Source of the DNA: an uncultured bacterium
GTDB lineage: Bacteria > Oederibacteriota > PGYV01 > CAWJRG01
Direction of reading: 5' to 3'
Length of the DNA: 64,000 bases
Assembly: GCA_963845185.1 (NCBI GenBank)
Contig: CAWJRG010000005.1
Coordinates: 416,001-480,000 of the forward strand
The notes beneath the pieces are model-generated. The model worked only from the letters and a program-made list of their open reading frames with translations. It made no database searches and was not told the origin of the DNA. Every line of letters starts with the position of its first letter. The stretch's first letter is position 1. Shown in pieces: positions 58,676-64,000 of the stretch. The position numbers and the translations under genes were made by a program.

Positions 58676-59479
58676 CTATTTCCCTGCCGACCCCGGCTGC
58701 CAGCCGTTGCTGCCGTAAAAATCGCCGGTCATCGATTGTATTGACTGATAAATTGCCTTTCCGCGCAAATCGGCAAACATGCTGCTTTTCGGGTATATCA
58801 GTCCTCCGCCGCTGTTCTCATCCATAACAAGCGGTTCTTCGTCGTTCTTGTTCGTTACCCTGTTTTTCACCAGGTTTGCCAGGTCAACAAACTGACCTAT
58901 CTGGTCAAATACAGCCACGTTGTTTGGTATAGGAAGAGGGTTCCATTTATTATCCCATGACCATCCGTTCCCTTTATTGGTCCATAAAATAGTCCCGTTC
59001 TGCGCGTCCATGATTTTTGCCTTGCTGTTTACAACTACCTTGCGCTTGGTGTAAAACCCCCATCCCTGGTCCGTGTGTTTTGGCGTATCATCTTTTAAGA
59101 ATTCGTTATATGCCTCTGCAGAGCCTATAAGCAACAAATCGCATTTAAAATGCGCCGCCACCCTTTGCCGCAGGTTCATATCGGTCGCCACGTCAGAAGC
59201 TTTTGCCTTGACTGCCTTCAGGTAAGCTGCAACCTGCCCGGGGTCTATTACGGACGCTGCGTTCACATTTACGATTTCACTTGTCATTTCCTCCTGCAGG
59301 GCTTTTGCGAGCGCCGGGTCCTGGGTGTTGTTGTCAAAAGGAATTACTGCCACCCTGTTATAAATATAAAGGTTAAAAGCCGGAGGTACAGGCACAGGCG
59401 GCGCTGAAGCGCACCCCGCGATAATAAATGCAATTGTCAATAATGAAAATTTAAGGAATAAAGAAAATATCCTGCGCAT
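58676..59479 (-). CDS. Putative lipoprotein (CsgG/TolB-N-like fold)
   Basis: Lipobox IAGC; RVAVIPFDN, DLLLIGS. Confidence 0.65.
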   Translation of the reverse strand: MRRIFSLFLKFSLLTIAFIIAGCASAPPVPVPPAFNLYIYNRVAVIPFDNNTQDPALAKALQEEMTSEIVNVNAASVIDPGQVAAYLKAVKAKASDVATDMNLRQRVAAHFKCDLLLIGSAEAYNEFLKDDTPKHTDQGWGFYTKRKVVVNSKAKIMDAQNGTILWTNKGNGWSWDNKWNPLPIPNNVAVFDQIGQFVDLANLVKNRVTNKNDEEPLVMDENSGGGLIYPKSSMFADLRGKAIYQSIQSMTGDFYGSNGWQPGSAGK

Positions 59480-59584
59480 TTAAAGCTCCTTTCCTTGCCT
59501 TGGCAGGCAAATAAAGATTCAGTCCTAATAATTCCATGTTATTATATATAAAAAAGGTGCCAATTGTAAAATCAAAACCTGTTT

Positions 59585-61567
59585 TTAATTGGTCTTTTTA
59601 AACTCCAGCACGGTTATGGAATACGGCTGGAATGAATAATTGAATTTGGCCGATACGTCCTTGACAGTGTTTTCCGTCGGCGGGTTGTCAGGGTCTGCGT
59701 GGTACGGAGCAGAGTCTGTCTCCCACTTGTAATTTGTCTTGTCAAAGCTCCATGCTTTTGCCTCAGCCGCGGGCTTAAAGCCCTTGATTTTTATTGCGGC
59801 ATTGTATGCATTCTCAGGGTCTTTGTTTACGACCAGCAAAGAAAGCGAGCCGTCAGGCCTCAAGTCCGAGTAAGAAGCAAGCATTGTATTTCCGCTTTTC
59901 GCGTCCACCATTTTATGCTCCTTATCGTCGCCCGACGCAGACCAGTAATTGGTCAGCATCTTCATTGCCCAGTAATGGGCCCGTTCCTGGTACTGGAAAG
60001 ATCCTCCTTCTGATTGCAAATAGCCGGCATCGCCGCCGTTCGGGTTGCTTATTGCGCTGCCGCCGTTTAATACGTCCCACATGGTCATATAGCCCCGGCT
60101 CCCAAACTGGTGTATAAACTCACAGGCATACTGCGCGAGCCATAATCCGTTTTCAAGGTGCACAGTGATGTCGTGCGGCAGCACATGGTCTGACGTGTTG
60201 TACTCTGTTATCCATATAGGGATATCTTTAAGTTTGGGGTATTTTTCCAGCGCTTTTTTTACCTGCCCCGCCATGTCTTCCATCCCCTTTGCAGGCGACG
60301 CGAGCAAATCTTCCACCTTTTGTCCCCAGTTGGGGTATTGGTGTGTGACCAGGCCTTCGGCGTAATTCTCTTTTTTCTCCTTTGCCAGCCGCCCCAATAA
60401 GGCACTTATAGCTGATACCCCGTCATACATACCAGACTTCCCGTCTGCCTGGCCCTGCGCTATTATAGTAATTGAAGGGTCCTCAGCCTTCATTGCTTCG
60501 TAAAATTTGATGTATCTCCTCGCGTAATCATACATGTTTAAAGGACCGCCCACCTCCCACTGCCCGCCGCTCTCATTGCCTATTTCCCAGTACTTAATGC
60601 CGTAGCCTTTTATCTTATTCGCGTATTTTACCCACGCAGCTGCGAGCTGCGGCGTGCCGCTTCCCATGTTTACTATTATCAGCGGCATGGCCTTGACCAG
60701 CCCAAATGAGCTGATAAAGTCCATGTACTTTTCAAACCCGAAAATCCAGGAAGCGCCGCTGCCCAGCTTCGCCGCTGTATCGCACGACGAAGCGACAACC
60801 GAGTTTTGGTCCTTTGGAAGTATCTCCTGGCCCTTTTCAAATATTTTCAGCTTGGAAATTGAATATGCGCCATTTTTCCCGTCAGAGCTTTCTGTCATGA
60901 GTATTCTTATGTACTGCGTATTAACGGTTTTGAATGAAACTTCCTGTGTGCCTCCGGTCCCTGTGACGCCGGCCGCCGACGTGGGAATCCATGAGTCTTT
61001 ATCCGCATCATAAGGCATCCACTGCCTGCTGTCGGCCGGGTCCCAGTACTGCACTGTAAATTTTTTCGCGTAAGGCCATGCTTTATTAGCCGCGTCTCCC
61101 CACACGATAACCACCCTGTCCGGTTTCTTTTTTCCCTGCAGGTCCATATATACCCACTGGTGCGCCGGGAAATCCGTATCGACGTTTGACCTCCATGCTG
61201 TTGAATTGTCCGGGTCAATCATTTTCTGCGCATTATACACCAGGTCGCCCGTGGTGCTGTTCGCATATTCTGTCATGCTTGGTACCCAGTTGCCGTTTTT
61301 GTCGTAATCGCCGCTGCTGTTCCAGAAAAAACCGTCGCCCCACGACCCGCCCGGGTATCGCAGCAGATAGTTGCCGGCTGCCTGTATTTTATCCTTAGCC
61401 GCTACAGGGCTTGCCCAGCCGTTTGTATTATTACCGAAAATATTGATTGGCTTGAAAGTGTTGATTGTGACGCCTGCGTTTATGTCAAGTGTCGTGTCAA
61501 CAATTGCGGAAAAAATAAAAACAGGAACAAATAAAAGCATAAATAGAAAAATCGTTTTCTTCGTCAT
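59585..61567 (-). CDS. Secreted clan GH-A glycoside hydrolase with an inserted discoidin/CBM32-like domain
   Basis: RYPGGS, YWEIGNE, IWITEYN; insert containing WVYMDL and QYIRILMTE. Confidence 0.8.
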   Translation of the reverse strand: MTKKTIFLFMLLFVPVFIFSAIVDTTLDINAGVTINTFKPINIFGNNTNGWASPVAAKDKIQAAGNYLLRYPGGSWGDGFFWNSSGDYDKNGNWVPSMTEYANSTTGDLVYNAQKMIDPDNSTAWRSNVDTDFPAHQWVYMDLQGKKKPDRVVIVWGDAANKAWPYAKKFTVQYWDPADSRQWMPYDADKDSWIPTSAAGVTGTGGTQEVSFKTVNTQYIRILMTESSDGKNGAYSISKLKIFEKGQEILPKDQNSVVASSCDTAAKLGSGASWIFGFEKYMDFISSFGLVKAMPLIIVNMGSGTPQLAAAWVKYANKIKGYGIKYWEIGNESGGQWEVGGPLNMYDYARRYIKFYEAMKAEDPSITIIAQGQADGKSGMYDGVSAISALLGRLAKEKKENYAEGLVTHQYPNWGQKVEDLLASPAKGMEDMAGQVKKALEKYPKLKDIPIWITEYNTSDHVLPHDITVHLENGLWLAQYACEFIHQFGSRGYMTMWDVLNGGSAISNPNGGDAGYLQSEGGSFQYQERAHYWAMKMLTNYWSASGDDKEHKMVDAKSGNTMLASYSDLRPDGSLSLLVVNKDPENAYNAAIKIKGFKPAAEAKAWSFDKTNYKWETDSAPYHADPDNPPTENTVKDVSAKFNYSFQPYSITVLEFKKTN

Positions 61568-61629
61568 GTTTTTCACCTCAGATTTAATATTTTTCCCTAA
61601 CCACTTACCACATACCCCTTACTACTTTT

Positions 61630-62388
61630 CTATATCCTTACCGGTATCCCGTGTTTTTTCAGGTATTCCTTGACTTTCCTGACTGTATATTGTTTGTAGT
61701 GGAATATTGACGCGGCTAAAACCGCATCTGCTTTGCCTTTTTTCAAAACGTCAACCATGTGGCCGGGCGAACCTGCGCCGCCCGAAGCTATGACCGGAAT
61801 CCTGACGGCTTCCGATACCCTGCGGGTCAGGGCTATGTCATACCCTTCTTTTGTGCCGTCAGCGTCCATGCTTGTAAGCAGTATTTCGCCTGCCCCGAGC
61901 GCTTCAGCTTTTTTCACCCATTCAATCGCGTCCATATGGGTATTATACCTGCCGCCATGGGTAAAAACTTCCCATTTATCCCTGCTTTTCTTTTTCGCGT
62001 CTACTGCCAGCACTATGCTCTGGCTTCCGAACTTCTTCGCGCCCTCCCTGATTATTCCCGGTTTTTCTACCGCCGCGGTGTTTATTGATATTTTTTCAGC
62101 GCCGTTTTTTAAAATTAGTTCCATGTCTGCGGTTGTGCTGATGCCGCCGCCGACTGTCAGCGGGATAAAAACTTTCTCAGCCGTCCTGCGCACAACATCA
62201 ACAATTGTTTTTCTTTTTTCATAAGACGCGGTTATATCAAGGAAAACAAGCTCGTCCGCTAATGCTTTGTTGTAAAATATAGCGGCTTCCACCGGGTCCC
62301 CGGCATCCTTCAGGTTCAGGAATTTTACCCCCTTTACAACCCTCCCTTTGTTTACGTCAAGGCACGGTATTATTCTTTTTGTAAGCAT
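61630..62388 (-). CDS. hisF: Imidazole glycerol phosphate synthase cyclase subunit
   Basis: [28 protein letters not shown]. Confidence 0.98.
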   Translation of the reverse strand: MLTKRIIPCLDVNKGRVVKGVKFLNLKDAGDPVEAAIFYNKALADELVFLDITASYEKRKTIVDVVRRTAEKVFIPLTVGGGISTTADMELILKNGAEKISINTAAVEKPGIIREGAKKFGSQSIVLAVDAKKKSRDKWEVFTHGGRYNTHMDAIEWVKKAEALGAGEILLTSMDADGTKEGYDIALTRRVSEAVRIPVIASGGAGSPGHMVDVLKKGKADAVLAASIFHYKQYTVRKVKEYLKKHGIPVRI

Positions 62389-62390
62389 GT

Positions 62391-63125
62391 TTACATGTCC
62401 TTTGCGAGCTTCACGGCTTCCTTTAAATCTATCGTGCCGGTATAAAGGGCCTTGCCTATTATGACTCCCTCGAGGTTGTCGTATTTTTTTTCAAGTTCCA
62501 AAAGCCTTTCTATATTTTTCAGCCGGGTGATGCCGCCGGAAACTATCACATTCATTTTTGTGCTTCTTAATATCTGGATTATACTCTTGAAATTCGGGCC
62601 TTTTAACACACCGTCCCTTTTTATGTCGGTATAAATTATCCTCTTTGCGCCCTTTTCCTCGAGTTGTCTGATAAAATCAAGGGTTTTTATTTCTGTAAGG
62701 TCCTTCCACCCTTTTATCGCGATATAGCCGTCTTTGGCATCCACGCCTATGACTATTTTTTCCCTGTATTCAGACAGCATATCCTGCAGGAACTTTTCCG
62801 AAGTTATCACGGAAGTCGAAAGAATTACACGCTTCGCCCCGGCATTGAGGTATCGCCTTGCATCTTCTTCAGAGCGCAGCCCTCCTCCCACCTCGATATT
62901 TATTTTCAGCGACCTGATAATTTTCATTATTATCGGCAGGTTCCTTGGCCTGCCCGTCATGGCGCCGTCAATGTCAACCACGTGTATTATTTTTGCGCCT
63001 TTTATCTGCCAGAGCTTTGCTATTTCAACAGGCTCGTTTGAATATATTGTTTCGTCTCTCACATCCCCCTGTATAAGCCTGACGCATTTTCCTCTTCTTA
63101 TGTCTATTGCCGGTATTACCTGCAT
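62391..63125 (-). CDS. hisA: ProFAR isomerase
   Basis: [22 protein letters not shown]. Confidence 0.97.
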   Translation of the reverse strand: MQVIPAIDIRRGKCVRLIQGDVRDETIYSNEPVEIAKLWQIKGAKIIHVVDIDGAMTGRPRNLPIIMKIIRSLKINIEVGGGLRSEEDARRYLNAGAKRVILSTSVITSEKFLQDMLSEYREKIVIGVDAKDGYIAIKGWKDLTEIKTLDFIRQLEEKGAKRIIYTDIKRDGVLKGPNFKSIIQILRSTKMNVIVSGGITRLKNIERLLELEKKYDNLEGVIIGKALYTGTIDLKEAVKLAKDM

Positions 63126-63152
63126 GAATTACTCGCTCCCTCTGCGTTATCT

Positions 63153-63181
63153 GTAGAGACGACCCGGCGGGTCGTCTCTAC
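63153..63181. repeat. GTAG-REP palindrome
   Basis: GTAGAGACGACCC-GGC-GGGTCGTCTCTAC between hisH and hisA. Confidence 0.9.
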
Positions 63182-63182
63182 C

Positions 63183-63818
63183 TTAATTTTTATATCTTTT
63201 TACAGCCTTATAAAAATTTTTGTAAATCTTCAGCGCGCTTTCGCCGCTTTTTTCCGGGTGAAACTGTACGCCGAATATGTTTTTATATTCCACTGCTGAG
63301 GTAAAAATAATATCCCCGTATTTTGTTTTTGTCAATGCCGCTTTTTTATCAAGCGGTATTGTGTAATATGAATGCACGAAGTAAAAATAAGTGCCGCTTT
63401 TTATGCCTGCAAGCAGCTTTGTTTTTTTATTTATTATGTCCGCGCTGTTCCATCCCATATGCGGCACCTTGAGTTTGTGCCTGAACCTTATTACCCTGCC
63501 TTTAATGAATCCGAATCCGCTGTTTACCCCGAATTCATAACTTTTTGAGAATAAAAGCTGCATCCCCAGGCACACGCCCAGTATTGGCTTGCCTGAATCA
63601 ACTTCCTTTTTTATCACGCCGAAAAGTTTCCTTTTCCTTATGCCGCGCATGCCGTCGCCGAAAGCGCCCACGCCGACCAAGATGATTCCCCCGCATTTTT
63701 TTATGTCTTTTGCTTTATCCGTAAGTACAGCTGGTATTTTCTCATGCTGCAGCGCTTTCAGCACGCTGTGCAGGTTGCCCATGCCGTAATCGACAACGGC
63801 TATTTTTGCCTTGGGCAT
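63183..63818 (-). CDS. hisH: Imidazole glycerol phosphate synthase glutaminase subunit
   Basis: DYGMGNL, GVCLGMQ, YFVHSY, QFHPEKS. Confidence 0.97.
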   Translation of the reverse strand: MPKAKIAVVDYGMGNLHSVLKALQHEKIPAVLTDKAKDIKKCGGIILVGVGAFGDGMRGIRKRKLFGVIKKEVDSGKPILGVCLGMQLLFSKSYEFGVNSGFGFIKGRVIRFRHKLKVPHMGWNSADIINKKTKLLAGIKSGTYFYFVHSYYTIPLDKKAALTKTKYGDIIFTSAVEYKNIFGVQFHPEKSGESALKIYKNFYKAVKRYKN

Positions 63819-64000
63819 TACAAACTTCCTTTGGTGCTTGGCATCCCTTTTCCGTGCACGCCGAGCGCGTCCCGCAGGGCAAGCGCAAAGCCTTTGAAAA
63901 CAGCTTCAATGCTGTGGTGGGTGTTGCTGCCTTTGATCCCGTCAATGTGCAGCGTCATTTTGGCTCCGCGTGAAAATCCCTGGAAAAATTCCTCCACGAG
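63818..64000 (-). CDS. hisB: Imidazoleglycerol-phosphate dehydratase, C-terminal part
   Basis: Manual translation: LVEEFF...TLHI...[12 protein letters not shown]...PSTKGSL*. Confidence 0.95.
   Translation of the reverse strand, partial: LVEEFFQGFSRGAKMTLHIDGIKGSNTHHSIEAVFKGFALALRDALGVHGKGMPSTKGSL

Noticed and set aside
1..64000. Alternative genetic code or stop-codon readthrough
   Set aside because: Conserved genes are intact under code 11; the breaks in conserved genes are single-base indels or IS insertions

Overview
64 kb of a diderm bacterial chromosome (TonB/ExbBD and TonB-dependent receptors are present; the lineage cannot be determined from the sequence alone). Almost all genes are on the minus strand. 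Housekeeping blocks are hisB-H-A-F, hisI-trpE-trpG, purS-Q-L-F and ileS-lspA-lgt-rluD. Accessory DNA includes: a type I R-M operon (hsdM...hsdS...hsdR) carrying cargo genes (YhcG/DUF1016, Fic-type HTH remnant, small GIY-YIG protein, DUF4062 protein, REP-associated tyrosine transposase); an EcoRV-like type II R-M pair whose methyltransferase tail is clipped by an IS5-family element; and an exbB-exbD-tonB-DUF2723-TBDR-TBDR locus whose DUF2723 gene is split by an IS3. The most notable unannotated signals are: (1) a dispersed ~95-nt two-hairpin element with compensatory changes and tandem G.A mismatches; (2) a GTAG-REP family that also lies in frame inside the RAYT and HsdR coding sequences; (3) a self-contained ~55-nt sRNA inside the R-M operon; (4) four ECF-type promoters suggesting a local regulon. 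Three single-base indels (purL, the NHL gene, an apparent ABC fusion) look like assembly errors. No CRISPR array, rRNA or tRNA was recognised.
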